From: Amoebidium appalachense
Taxonomy: Eukaryota > Protista > Ichthyosporea
Length of the DNA: 64,000 nucleotides
NCBI GenBank assembly: GCA_963693365.1
Contig: CAVNZM010000014.1
Span: forward strand, 6,014,001-6,078,000
Reading direction: 5' to 3'
In this document: positions 1 through 23,353 of the stretch, piece after piece
Numbering within the stretch: the first letter of the stretch is position 1
Layout: each line of letters opens with the position of its first letter
Program-made: the position numbers and the translations under genes
Notes under the pieces: model-generated
Seen by the model: the letters and a program-made list of their open reading frames with translations, nothing else
Database searches by the model: none
What the model was told of the DNA's origin: nothing

Positions 1-395
1 GAGCTCCCCTCCCGGTTTTTCCATCCTCCTTCTTTCCACTAACCCTACACTATGATTTGCACTTTAGGCGCCTGTTTTTCCTAGCATGCTCCCACTCGAT
101 AATTCCTTCCCACAACAAGCAAGGAAAAGATACTAGAACCACTCATAAGAAAAATAGCACGGAGTCAGAATTGGTGAATGAAAGGATTAATTCTGTCATG
201 AAAAAAAGTGCTTAGGTCCCCCCCCCCCCCCCCTCCCCCCCCCCCCCCCCCCCCCCCCCTCCCCTTCCCTCCCCTCCCCCTTCCCTACCACCCTTTACCC
301 CCCCCCCCCCCCCCCCCCCCTCCTCGTCCTCCTCCGGCCCTGCGGAGGGGAGGGGGTGGGGGTGGGTGTGTGTGTGTGTGGGGGGGGGGGGGGGG

Positions 396-2642
396 CTAAT
401 ACCCATCTATGTAGGGTTCGTTGTGATGGCCTACCACTTGCACTCCCACGTGCTCGTTCAAATCCAACTCCATGTCTGCAACATCTAGAAGCTCAGAAGA
501 TACATATGAGCTTGCTGGAAAGAAACCCTCGCTCGGTTCCTCTGTGTGCATGTGCGACAGCGTTGGAGTGGAGAGCGGTGTTTCGGGCACCATTTCAACA
601 CAGTCGACTTCCTTATCCACAGGTGTACACAAGGTGAATGTAGGTTCAGTGGGGGGTTCGTTCGGTTCTGAAATTTCCACGCTCTCGGCGCAATTTTCGA
701 TGGTGACGATGTTTGCTTCCGCTGGGGGTGTGGTGGGTGGGTGTAGAGACGGTTCGACCGTGTGTGCCTGCGCCTGCGAAGCATGGTCGAGGGTGTTTTC
801 CGTGAGGAAAGCCGAAACATCTTCGTTCATTTCGATGTACTCGTTAGCAGTTGGTGTGGGTGGTTGTTGTTGTCGTAGGGATGTGCCGATGGGGGTGGGT
901 TCTTCGCGAATGGTAGTGGTGGTGGGTGTGGTTGAACGACCTGTGGGCACGATGGGACAGGTGCACGCACTTGGTTCCACATCGTCCATTTCCGTATCTA
1001 GATCTCCCGTTTGGTTTACAACGGTGCCTTCTGCACACGCGTTTTCCTCTGCATGCTCAGTTGCTTGCACATGCACAACAGCGTGCGCCGTCATTACCTC
1101 CCCTGAATGTTCCATTTCCACATCGGCATTTCCATTCTGACGGTTTTCGTTTTCATCCGTTTCCATTGGCTGCAACAGGGAGCTGCATATTTCGTCTTTG
1201 CTGGTGTCGGTGGTGTTCATTGGGGCAGACAACACTTTGACGGGCGAATCGCATATATCAGCGATCAAGGGCGAAGGGTGGGTGGCATCTTCAAGAAAGA
1301 CCAAGGGTGTGCTGGTGGTGATACTGTGCTCAGAGAGACACACCTCTTGTTGTGCTGTTTCCTTCGGGATTACAGACCCAGAAGAGATGAGGGTATCCGT
1401 TGGTTGCTTGCCTCGGTCCGTGTTTGCAGGCTCGTGCTGTGTGTTTGGAGGAATGAGCGTGTGGGTGTGTTCCTCAACCTTTTCCATCTCTACCACCGCG
1501 CCACCTTCTTGTTCGCAATCCATATGCATAACGGAAAGGGTGGGGTTGTCTTGATGAGGTAACGGGTCATTTGCACCATCTTTTGTGCCTGGTTTTGCGT
1601 GGTTGATTGGTGTGTCCGTTTCACCAACGGTCGGCATTATGAGCTCCGTAATTTTCAGAGAAACCACTGCCAAGGTTGGTGATCCCGGTGCCTGCTCTTC
1701 GTTCATTTGGGCCACACTTACGAATTCATGATCAGTGGGAGGAGGGGCTTTCGAAGAGGGCTCGGTGTTTGTGCAAACTGGCATGGAAGGGATGGCATTG
1801 CTCTCCTTCATATTGGGTTTCGCTTTTCTCCACCTCCCGTTTTTCTTCGGCTACAAACCTCGTTTCCTGCCCCACCGAACTGGTTTTCTCGTTGTTGTAC
1901 GGAGATGAAGTGGCACAGGTTCTCGGTGTGCCTGTTTCGTTTTCTTTTTCCACGGTTTCAGTTTCGTTTCCGTGTTCATTTTGCGGGGGCGGAGGGCAGT
2001 TTCCTTCGTCTCGTTGTGTGGCTGTTCCCGTTGTAGATGTCCCTGTTTCTCCCTCGTTTTCGTTTTCTTTTTCCTTTCCGTTTCGTGTTTTTCTGGTGCG
2101 CGCTGACACGAGTGGAGATCTTCCTACCCGGCCTAGAGCTGGGCTCATAAGACTGTTGCGTCTGTTTTTCGCTTTGCTTGCGCTCCCTTTCTCGGCCGTT
2201 TTCTTTTTGCTGTTTTGAAGGGAAAGCGAGTGGGCTCTTGAAAGGGCAGTCTGTCTTGGAGTTTTGAACGAGCGGGGGCTGTTTCCGGCTTCTGGTTCGC
2301 TTGTGTGTGGGTTTTCGTCTGGACCTGGGTGGGCAAGCAACCTGAAAAAAAGGGGGGAGTAAGAAAAGATCTTGTATTTGACACCATGTAAACAACACAT
2401 AGGTTGCATGATGTGGCAGCGAAAAACGAAGGTGCTTCCTTTCAATAAATAGTAAATATTCGGTACTTCTACAGAAGTTTTAGGCACACAGGCCATCGTG
2501 GTAGGTGTTAACAAAGCAGCTGAAGGGCCGGACTCCTTGAACTAGCAAAGGGTAGACACACATCACATCGACGAAGCACATCTTCTAAACGGAATCAAGA
2601 CGAGAGAAAACATTAAACTCACCTTCGACGTGTGGACACCAT
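396..2642 (-). CDS. Spliced gene for an acidic, Thr/Glu/Pro-rich low-complexity protein of unknown function; 3' end probably continues past ~400
   Basis: Exon 1 2642-2623 (MVSTRR, donor AG|GTGAGT). Acceptor TTTTTTTCAG at 2342, then exon 2 in the frame of ORF 1732..2514 (RLLAHPGPDENP...). A one-base shift near 1825 (GAGAAAAGCG) joins it to the 471-aa ORF 396..1811. No recognisable domain. Confidence 0.6.
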
Positions 2643-3212
2643 TCTCAAGAAATTACTCACTCCTTCAAGTTGGCGTTTTCGTTTCAAAGACAAAATGTCA
2701 CCTTCGCTCCCCCTTCATCGCTGCAGCTGCAGTCACTAATCCTGTGAGGATCTATTGTGCTTGCACATGTACAACATGACACACGCAATCCAAGCAAGAA
2801 AAACCATCAAACTAAGTGGTAGTATGGTTGCCCAGAAAAAGCAGCCTTTCCGCCTCCAGCTCTTCTTTTTTGTCTTCCTTCCTCTCCTCCCTCTTTCATT
2901 TTCTTGGCCTTTTTTCCTCGTTTCCCCGCCTTAGCTTCATTTTGTAATAGCACTGCCCAAATTTGGATAAAATGGCGCAAAAATACATCCAATCAAACTC
3001 GGTCAGATCTAATATTAGGAACGGGGGCGGCATGCTTCGGAAACGAATGTACAAATAAGTAGAAGTCACACGGCGCCTTGCGAGATAGAGGGTGGGAGGG
3101 AAAGTCAAAACTGAGGAAGGGAATCACTCAGGAGGCCGACTGTATAGCAACTCTATCGGCCACACACGTAGCGATTCGTTATAGTTAGCGGCAGCATCGA
3201 CGCACAGCAAAC
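2643..3212. promoter_or_regulatory. Short intergenic region between head-to-head genes; likely bidirectional promoter
   Basis: About 570 bp between ATG 2642 (-) and ATG 3213 (+); inferred from gene geometry only. Confidence 0.4.
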
Positions 3213-12874
<9,662 letters not shown>

Positions 12875-12907
12875 GTTAGCCGTGACGGCCAGCACCAAAC
12901 AGAAACT

Positions 12908-12939
<32 letters not shown>

Positions 12940-13566
12940 AATTTCCGTTTAGGAAAATACTCGTTAAGTACCCAAGCACACACATGTAATCATAGTCAAG
13001 CACGTGTTACATATTCTGTCGGCTATTTACCAGTTATACATGTAGACTTGAAATGTGGTACACACATTGCCTGCGTTTTTGATAGTGTTGGTGTTTGGGC
13101 AAGGCTCAGCCATACACAAAAGATGAAACCCCCAGCACACACGGATGAACACACGCACGCACATGCACATGCCCGGTGACATACACACACACACACAACA
13201 CACGCACGCACGCACCCATGCAGGCACCCACACGCACACTCGCACGCGCACGCACGTGCTCACACACACGCACTTGCACTCGCAATCACACACTCGCTCT
13301 CCTCAAAAAGATTATGGGATTGCAGAAGACTGTTAACTACATCTTCCTCACACCATGCATATCAGTAGGCTATTTTTGGGTTAACCTCAATCATCCGCGT
13401 GATTAAGCTCCTTTAATTCTCTAAGTCTAAGGCAACAAACGACCTGGCGGTCCGACGACGCGACTATAAAAATAAGTACTTTGGGGATATTTATTATTTA
13501 TTATCGCAACTGCCTAAGCAACATCCCCCCTCCTCCCCCTTCTCCCCCCCCCTCCCCCCTCCCCCC

Positions 13567-13653
<87 letters not shown>

Positions 13654-14158
13654 GCTGCCGCCCCAGGATGGGCTCTGCGTAATCAAATGATACATACTGT
13701 ACTCTGTGTGTGCTTTTCAGAATCTGCAGTGTTTAGTCCATTGTTAATGTGTGCTTCTTAAGCTGTCCCGAGCCCCCCCCGGGGATGATAGAGTGAGCAA
13801 CTATGTTAAATGATCATCAGCTCTTAGATGCATTGAACGAATACACGAGCAGCAAGTATTACTGAGTCAAGAAAGGAAAAGGAGCGTTCCCAGTGGCTGA
13901 ATTTTCATTCCCTTGGGAGATTATAATAATTATATATATATTTATAATGTTAGATTAAACTTGTTGCTGGTTTTAGGCCCCTCTTGCGATAATGTGGACT
14001 TCAATTGACTTATGTATTGAAGTTTAACCACCCAATACGTATACAACAGAGCTCGTTCTGCTTGTGAAGGAGGCAACCTTGGCACAAGCAGTTGGTATGG
14101 CTGCAACCCTAATAAGAGGCATGTTCCGATCCTCAGTTTGAACAAAAGAAGCATTGAC

Positions 14159-14192
<34 letters not shown>

Positions 14193-14423
14193 AGGGGGGA
14201 TTGTTTCACACACACACACACTAATAATGAAGGTGTACACACACATACACACTTGCGGGCACGGGCACATGCGCAGAGTGATCTGTAGAGAGGACGAGGG
14301 GAGGCCCCGGGAGGGGGACACCTCTAACAGAGGAGAGGCGGCAGGGGACCCGGAAGAGCTTTTTTGGGGGGGGAGGGGGGTTCATTGAGATCTCAGATCT
14401 CTCTGCCTCGGGCTGACTAGTAC

Positions 14424-14456
<33 letters not shown>

Positions 14457-14951
14457 TTCCCTCCGTGGTCACCATATGCATGCCAAATATGATCTTCTTC
14501 AGCTTGAGGGCAGAGCCAAGTGGAAGATGGAATTTTCAAACTTTTGCGAGGTGCAATGGGATTGCATGAAAATTGGAGGGTCAGCCGTTACGAGTGGCTA
14601 CATATTACGACTAGTATACTTCTAAATCACGAAAACTGTACAGAGACTTCAGACTCTTGACACACATCAAGACAATATTGATGGCACCGTAATCACCGTT
14701 CATATTTCAAAGGGGATGGCCGCGAGGGAGGGAGTGAGGATGAGAGGCCGGAGGGAGGAGAAAGGTGGGGGGGACTCTCCTGGCCGAGGGGGGGGGGGGG
14801 GGGGGGGGGAGGGGGGGGGGGGAGAGGAGGGAGGGGGGCGGCTTGGCGCTCCGGATGATCATCCTCCACCGATCAATGTCATGTGAAGTCTCTTGCAACA
14901 ACAGAAATTCTCCACCTTCAACTTGGAAGTGTCAGGATACATACTGAATGC

Positions 14952-15162
14952 GAACTCCCTCCGGCGTGGCTGGGGTGGGAACCTTGCGCAAGTGTGTAAT
15001 TATAGTTAGGGTTGTGAAGGATGGTTTAGCTTAGCTGAGCACATAGATAGCACCCTAACTAGTGTACTGTCGGTGCTGTGTGGTAGACGGCAGTTCTCTC
15101 GAGGGCCTGCAAGGGTCCTTCGGGGACAACGGTGATAAAAATCATGAAATAAAAAAAAATAA
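14952..15162 (+). mobile_element. 211-bp retroposed element (SINE or LINE 3' end) with an A-rich tail
   Basis: Direct repeat ACATACTGAATGC at 14939-14951 and 15163-15175 flanks a segment ending ATGAAATAAAAAAAAATAA. Confidence 0.8.
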
Positions 15163-15578
15163 ACATACTGAATGCAATGACCAACTGGACATTAATATTT
15201 AATCTGTCGGTCCTCGGTTTTTTGAGTGAATGATGATCAAGTGTACGTAAGAGGATTCACTTGGCAAGTATTAATGTTGCAGAGGCTAGCTACAGCTGCA
15301 AGCGTCGGATGCACATTGACAATTGTCTTTTCAGCGAGTCTAACCTGCAGGCTGCAGCTGCACACATTTAGGGTTGTTATCTTGCGGCACATGCACGGTG
15401 ATCGTTTCAGAGAAATAGAGTTCGGAGCAATGAAAATAATGAAAATCACTAAACTTTGTAACTACTTTAAAGTTGCTGAGATCATACGTGGTGCAAGCTG
15501 CACTATGAACACATGTACAGTGCTACATTTTTGTTGCCTTCTGCAGGGTTACCGTAGCTACGTCACGGCCTGCACTCA

Positions 15579-15609
<31 letters not shown>

Positions 15610-16109
15610 TGATTCGAAGGGGGTATAAATAAGAACATGCACCTAAAGGTCTTTCCCGTGGATCCCCCTCCCCCCCCCCCCTCCCCCCCCCCCCCCCTCC
15701 CACCTCTCCCTCCCCCGGGGCCCCATACTATGATATCTAGGCCCAATATTATATGCCCCTTCCCCCCCCCCCCCCCCCCCCCCCCCCTCTCCGGATCCTC
15801 CCCGGACCCCACTTCCCTACCCGGAGGCTCCGGATCCAGAGCTCCCCCCTTCCCCTTCCCCCCCCCCCCCCCCCCCCCCAAGGCTTACGGGGGCCCTTCT
15901 TCATTGAGGGGGAGGGGTGGGGGTGGGGGGGTGGGGGGTGGAAGGCGGGGGTGGATGCATGTCAGCCTAGGTGAATTCAATTGTTTAACTCCAGTGCAAA
16001 GGACTGGTCTGAAGGCTTAAAGGTGGTGGTGGTGTTGTGTGTGTGTGTGTACTGCACGTGCACGTATGTGTGTGGTTTTTTTGGGGGGTGAGTGGTGGTG
16101 GTGGTGTGT

Positions 16110-16159
<50 letters not shown>

Positions 16160-16236
16160 TAGAAAGAAAAACTGCTCGTGGGTCACTGTTTTTCGTCACT
16201 GTATTTGTAACGGGCCGCGCTCATATTTATATAACT

Positions 16237-16436
16237 GGGGGGTTTACGCTGTTTACTCGAGGAAAAGAGAAACCAGTCTCAGGTATGGGGGGGGGTTTGC
16301 TCGGAATATCCCCTCAGCGGTACAGTATATCATGATCACGTACATAGATGTCGGGTGATGACTATATATCAGGGTTTACTTTCTCTACGAGACACCATAA
16401 AGACTACAAGGAGAAATCAATTAGTTGGGGTTCCCC

Positions 16437-16480
<44 letters not shown>

Positions 16481-16511
16481 GGGCTTCCCTGGGACACTCG
16501 GTATCAGCTGG

Positions 16512-16564
<53 letters not shown>

Positions 16565-17738
16565 TGTGTGTGCGCGCGCGTGCGCTAGAATGTTGTAGTG
16601 ATGTGTTTCTCAAGCCTTGGCAATCAATACACCTAATAAACAGGTCGTAGTTACACGTGTTTAGTATAAAATCAAGGATGTTGTGATTTACAGGTAGGCT
16701 ATCTTTCTGGGTGTCTGTTGTGAATGTGACGTGTGTGTGTTGCGGTATTATGTGGTCTATCAAACTACATTTGGCGATACATGACCGGTTAAACTGGTGT
16801 GTGTGTGTGTTGTTTGGGCATGCAAATGATGCCACCTTATACTTATTAGATCTCCACTGTATAGCACGTGTACAGTAATTACATAAAAGCATGGTAATTG
16901 ATCAATAATACCATCAGCTAGAGAAAGACCAGTTCTACAGGAAGGTAATATGTATTTAGGTGTTATACATTTGCGAGTGCCATATTTGGCAATATGGTTG
17001 AGGCGGTCAGTATATATAAAACGAGACATAAGGCTTAGTTTTTCAAGGTGTATGCTTTCATCGGGTCTAGTGTCGTGTGGTATCTTTTTCCATTTGTTAT
17101 ATTGCGTGATTATCTTGTGATTGTGACATGTTTAATAAGTAAGTGGCAGTCCAAAGTCACACACACACTATTGCGGGGTTTATTTGTATTTGTGCCCAGG
17201 GGAGAAGGGGAGAGAGAGGGAAGGAATGAGGGGACAGGTGAGGAGGGGACAGGTCGGATAGAGAAGAGAGGGTGGGAGGGCAAATACTTCTTTAAGCGGC
17301 TTATGTGCTTATTGAATTTCAGCGCGAGATAGGATACTCTAGCAGCTATTGGGACCAGGCCATATATCGAGAGCGTTACAGGCCCAGGTTTACAACAGTT
17401 GTTAGATAGAAAGGAGGCAACTTCTGCTTCAAGGAAATTTGCCAAGGGTTTAAGCGCTCAAGTTCTCTCTTTCTTGATCCAAGCGGCGAGAAGGGGTAAA
17501 CCATATTCACATGCCGGGAAGACAAAAGTGCGAATAAATGTAAGTCTAATAGAAGGATGGAGGGGTGTGTCTTTAAAAATATTAGCCCGGAGAAGAAAGC
17601 TAACCGCTTACGAGCCAACTCTACCCTCTTTTCGACCATATGGGAAAACATAACACCAACAGAATCAACCGAAACACCAAGATATTTGTATTCTGGAACT
17701 ATAGGTACAGGTTTAGATGATAATGTAAATGTGTGTAA
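16237..17738 (-). mobile_element. 5'-truncated, decayed copy of the LINE (ORF2 C-terminus plus complete 3' UTR)
   Basis: Colinear with 23260-24492 apart from small indels; flanked by the 9-bp TSD TATATAACT (16228-16236, 17739-17747). Confidence 0.92.
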
Positions 17739-18536
17739 TATATAACTACTTTAAGAACACGTGTTCATTATCATATACGATGGCCAAATATAGAAATTTT
17801 GGCGTCGAAGTTCTTGGAGCTAAAAAAACGTTTAAAAGGGGGAAATAATGGAAGCCTTGGCCGGCGCCCCAAATTTACCTTGCCATTTTTAGCGAATGTA
17901 TTTTTTATTCATGAGTTCTAGTAATTCAGTGAGTGCACGTGCCTGCCTCAGGCTAATCATGACAACTGCAACACACCGGTCATTCCTACATGGATATCAA
18001 CCAAAAGAAAATAGTATCTACTGTGGTGGTCTCCTAAACCTTGTGCGGCATGCGCATACATGGTATTACAGTGACGCATGTGCATATTATTGTTCTGTAC
18101 ACCGGAGTGTGGTGCACGTGGCTGGTTTGTGCACATGTTACAATAGCAGCACGATCTCCCTAAACTCCATGTTTACACATCCCTCACCCTGGCTCTGCCT
18201 TGTCGGTGCTCCAAAACACACACACAAATCCTCCTAGACTCAGTGCCTGCACATGGTCGCATTCACGTGCAGGTCAAGTACTTGACACATGCAATGCCAC
18301 ATGTTGCCGTCTAGAGCAACAACCACGGCAGCATGTATACCGGCCCAGCACGAAATATACTTATCGGCAGCCCACTGAACTCGCCCATTTTCTCTTTTTC
18401 ATGTATGACCTTCTTTCTTGTGAAATCACCCTTTTTGGCCTCCCGGTAGTGGATTTTGCAGGATTTGACTTCTTTGAGGTCCAAAAACCTCAAATTTTCC
18501 CCGGCCCCGAGTTCAAAAATTGCCCGCTCCTGATAT

Positions 18537-18880
18537 GGGGTTTACACACGCGTGGACACTGCCGGAGGCCCAGCCACATTCGACGGCCTACTCGTTTTCC
18601 AGCGCAGCCAATTAAATGCAGCCAGTGACATATGTACATGCTAGGCAACAATGAGCGCCATCGTAGTATTATATGACACCCCTATTACATATTATGGGTA
18701 AGCAGAGGCTAGCATCGGTAGCTCCGAAAGAAAGTTAATTAAGGCACCGGATCACAATATCATACAGTACTGTGCAGCATTAATAAAGTGATCTAGGATA
18801 GTCATCTTAAAACGGATATATTGAGGAAGAGAGGAAGAAAAGAGAATAAAACCGCCAATAACCTCCGGCTGTAATACGTT
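18537..18880. repeat. ~340-bp repeat ('family B'), inverted copy of 22915-23256, beginning GGGGTTTACACAC
   Basis: Reverse-complement match by eye with several small indels. GCTCCTGATAT(GG) occurs at 18526 and again at 20509, a possible TSD around a ~2-kb insertion. Confidence 0.8.
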
Positions 18881-19019
18881 ATAACTAACAGGTTGCACTT
18901 ATATTGATAGATACAAGTAGGTCTGTGCGCCGGCTGTCGCCGGCGCCAAAACATAACGAGACAGTTATTGATGTTGGGTTGTGTGGTTGTTACCTCCCTC
19001 CGGGCCCCCTCCCCCCCCG

Positions 19020-19067
<48 letters not shown>

Positions 19068-19687
19068 TCACGCTCCCCCCCCCCCCCCCCCCCCCCGGCC
19101 GTTTTTTTTTGCGTACGGGTAGAAATAAATGCATCTTGCTGCTACACGTAACTTGGCGTTGTAACTGTAAAGTGCTATCATGGCACTAACAGTTCATGTT
19201 GGTGAATCTGATGGGCATAACAATACTCCGGTTAGAAACGCCGGCCACAAATAACCCAAAATAAAAGGGTGGTAGCAAATAGACGACTTCTAGGCAATTC
19301 CTTTCATTGTGTTCAACGTCTATGTGTGTGTGTGTGTGTGTGTGTGTGCATGTTTGTGTGTGTGTGAATGTGTGTGTACATGTGTGGGCCAAGTGAAGGT
19401 TGTATGCGTTTTTGTCTTCTTAGTTGTTTTTGTATTCTATTCGATTATTACTTTGTGTGTACATGTGGGAAAAAAACAAATAAAAAAAAATTACCAATGA
19501 CCACCGCCCAGCTTGAATATTCACCCTAGCTCTAGTGTAAAGAAATCATCATTATCAGCCACAAAGCCTTCTAGCACACTCGCCCTAAATGTCATATTCA
19601 CATTATTGAGTTGATTTAGTTGTGTTTTTTACTCTGTTATTTTTCAACAACTGTCTGCCTATAGCTATTAAAACATTAAAATGTACA

Positions 19688-19722
<35 letters not shown>

Positions 19723-19742
19723 CATGGCCGGTGTGCGTGTGC

Positions 19743-19801
<59 letters not shown>

Positions 19802-20587
19802 ATATAGAATTTACCGTCCTCATCCCCGTGTCCCCCTAAACCGGTGTTAGCAGACCTTGAGGTTTTGTGATTGGATTGGTAGTTCTATTACATTAAAATT
19901 TTCAAAATGTCGTTGTACCAATGATATAGTACTTTGTAAAACAAATGTCGCCGAATTTCTCTAAAAAAAGTGCGTTCCATTCTGGGTTAGAAACGAAAAC
20001 CGTTTTGATACGGGAATCACCTAGGCTGCCGTCATTCAGCCAAGGGTGTTCACAGTAGACTCCGAAACCGCTGGTTTTTTTCTTTTTATTTCAAAGCCCC
20101 GAGTACGTACATCCTCTCGGGCCCAACTTTAGGGCACCATATTACAATTTTCTCATTATCAAATATATAGTTATTTTAGGCTTTTTCATTAGTATCTCAA
20201 GAATATTTAGCAATTTTGATGTCATAAAAACAACTAAGCAACGTTTCGATGGTTTTTGATGCCTCACAAAATGGCCTTAGGTCCCCTCCAAATTCCGGAT
20301 TTGAGGTCCGGCAAACAACGCATTATATATATAGATAATGCAGCCGCGAGTAAACCGCCCCCCACACATATTACACATACGAGCAGGAGACACCAGAAAC
20401 CGATTACACCGCCAATCCATAATCATCTTTGCGTTTTTACACCACACCACATTACGAATAAACGAATCTATGTATGAACGAGACTCTCTAACCGTATCCG
20501 CCATATAGGCTCCTGATATGGTACTTGGTCCAAAAAAATTACGTACAGGCGCGTGGGTGGGCACTGGTGGGGACCGGATATGGGTTT

Positions 20588-21065
20588 GCATACACCTTGA
20601 AAAACTAAGCCTTATGTCTCGTTTTATATATACTGACCGCCTCAACCATATTGCCAAATATGGCACTCGCAAGTGTATAACACCTAAATACATATTACCT
20701 TCCTGTAGAACTGGTCTTTCTCTAGCTGATGGTATTATTGATCAATTACCACGCTTTTACTGTACACGTGCTATACAGTGGAGATCTAATAAGTATAAGG
20801 TGGCATCATTTGCATGCCCAAACAACACACACACACACCAGTTTAACCGGTCATGTATCGCCAAATGTAGTTTGATAGACCACATAATACCGCAACACAC
20901 ACACGTCACATTCACAACAGACACCCAGAAAGATAGCCTACCTGTAAATTACAACATCCTTGATTTTATACTAAACACGCGTAACTACGACCTGTTTATT
21001 AGATGTATTGATTGGCTTGAGAAACACATCACTACAAAATTATAGCGCACGCGCACACACACACA

Positions 21066-21102
<37 letters not shown>

Positions 21103-21134
21103 CCAGCTGATACCGAGTGTCCCGAGGGGAGCCC

Positions 21135-21183
<49 letters not shown>

Positions 21184-21380
21184 GGGGAACCCCAACTAAT
21201 TGATTTCTCCTTGTAGTCTTTATGGTGTCTCGTAGAGAAAGTAAACCCTGATATATAGTCACCACCCGACATCTATGTACGTGATCATGATATACCGCTG
21301 AGGGGATATTCCGAGCAAAACCCCCCCCCCCCCATACCTGAGACTGGTTCTCTTTGCCTCGAGTAAACAGCGTAAACCCC
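20588..21380 (+). mobile_element. 5'-truncated LINE copy (last ~150 codons of ORF2 plus complete 3' UTR)
   Basis: Translation IHLEKLSLMSRF...KHITTKL is identical to the ORF2 C-terminus; followed by (CA)n, an internal poly-A and a ~200-bp tail ending GTAAACAGCGTAAACCCC. No TSD seen. Confidence 0.92.
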
Positions 21381-22914
21381 TTAGCCGTATGGCACCTTGG
21401 GCACAAGGCAACATTCCTTATGTAACTCACTCGCTGCCTGGAAATCGATTGGCGGGTTGATGGTGGCAGATTTATCCAATAGGACTCGAGGAATAACGAA
21501 ACATCCGGAATACCCGTATGTATGTAACTGTGCACAGTGTGCAGCCTGGTTCAACTTTTGACGATGGTGCGCTTGGCCATGAATACATATGAAACGAACA
21601 CATAACATAAGTTGCTTACTGAATTAATGCACAATAAGCCGTTAGGTGATTTAATGTGCACAAACTGCTATCATCTTTTACCCATTCTTGTCATGACTGT
21701 AAATGTTCGATTACATATATATCTATAGCTACACTATCATCACCGTGGCCAGATGTGATCCCGGTTGAAGGACCTTTACTTGTGCCTCGCGAGCAAACGG
21801 CTTAGAACTGTGTATGTATGTATGTATATAGCTACACCTGGCTATAGAATATGATGCGTGAAATTTCTTGTTTGCTACTATAGGAAATACAAGGTGCATG
21901 TGACCCATGGCCAAGGCATACAGTTTTCTTGGCATCCTGTAACGGCGGCGGCGGCGACATGATCAAAACAAGAAGTTTGGGGGGATTAAAGAAGTGCGTA
22001 TCTACAATCCTATTGGCGGATCTTCAGGGCATGCATGAACCAGCAAAAAAAACCGTCCCTTCGAGGCTTCGACCAAGCCTTCTTGACAAGTCGGCTCACT
22101 TCAAACGCTTTCTTTAAAGGAAAGAAATTAAACCGAGTGACTGAAGGCTGTCAAGCTATGGTGTATTAATTTATTGGGAGGGAAACACACTTTAGCCATT
22201 AGTATATGTAGGGGCCCGGGTAAGATCTAATTGGTGGCAGAACAAGGCATTGAAACCGTAGGTGCGCGCAGGCGCAGTGCACGTCGCGTTACCGGACAAC
22301 CGTTGTTGCCAAAGCCAGGTGAGGTGTTGTAACCGTTGTCCTTCATTAATAAACTAAGCATTATAGGCTAATTAGATTATCCTGTTCCTAGAAAAAATTG
22401 TTCAAAAACATTCTATCAAACAAAGTTCAACAAAGGAATAAAGTCGTAGCATGGCTCAACGAAGGCCTGAGGCCCTGTGCGTTTTGTACACACGCAACAC
22501 TCCTCCCGCTCCGGGCCAATCGACAAGGGTATCCTGGGCAACCAATCAAATAGAATTAAGAATGTGCGGTTGAGCCTAATGATTGGCTTGGTCAGAGTCC
22601 AATCGATTCCTCCAGGCTGAAGCCGGCATGATAGACTTACCGTCACTTACTATCTCGGGTGTTTCTAGATGGCCGTGCTCGCGTCGATCTACACTAAAAG
22701 TTCGAGAGCGACGCCGTGCATACGGACGCCGTCGCGGCAGCCTCAGGCTAGCGGAACACTATCAGATATTCTAGTATATCGATTTATATATCCCCAACGT
22801 CGGTTGTATACATATTCAGTTAGCGATGTGATATCAGCTGGTGCGTCTATCTCGCTGATACCGACTGCGCAATGCGCACCTGCAGCGCAGGCCATAACCA
22901 TCGATCGAGCTAAT

Positions 22915-23256
22915 GTATTAGAACCGGAGGTTATTGGCGGTTTTATTCTCTTTTCTTCCTCTCTTCCTCAATATATCCGTTTTAAGATGACTATCCTAGA
23001 TCACCTTATTAATGCTGCACAGTATGATATTGTGATCCGGTGCCTTAACTTTCTTTCGGAGCTACCGATGCTAGCCTCTGCTTACCCATAATATGTAATA
23101 GGGGTGTCAGATACTACGATGGCGCTCATTGTTGCCTAGCATGTACATATGTCACTGGCTGCATTTGATTGGCTGTGCTGGAAAACGCAGTCAGTAGGCC
23201 GTCGAATGTGGCTGGGCCTCCGGCAGTGTCCACGCAATAAAAAGTGTGTAAACCCC
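22915..23256. repeat. Second copy of family B, abutting and truncating the 3' UTR of the long LINE
   Basis: Ends GTGTGTAAACCCC exactly where the LINE UTR of the other copies continues into poly-A. Confidence 0.8.
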
Positions 23257-23281
23257 CCTCGGGACACTCGGTATCAGCTGG

Positions 23282-23332
<51 letters not shown>

Positions 23333-23353
23333 GTGTGTGTGTGTGCGCGTGCG

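Noticed and set aside
13940-14620. Possible exons at 13.9-14.6 kb, 21.4-22.1 kb and 59.8-60.7 kb
   Set aside because: Complex sequence, but I could not build a consistent spliced frame or recognise any motif.
21181-21380. Hammerhead ribozyme in the LINE tail
   Set aside because: CTGA and GAAA occur, but there is no CUGANGA core with the required stems.
18537-23256. Single 4.7-kb DNA transposon with 340-bp TIRs
   Set aside because: The flanks show no TSD, there is no transposase, and the rest of the interrupted LINE UTR is not found at the left flank.
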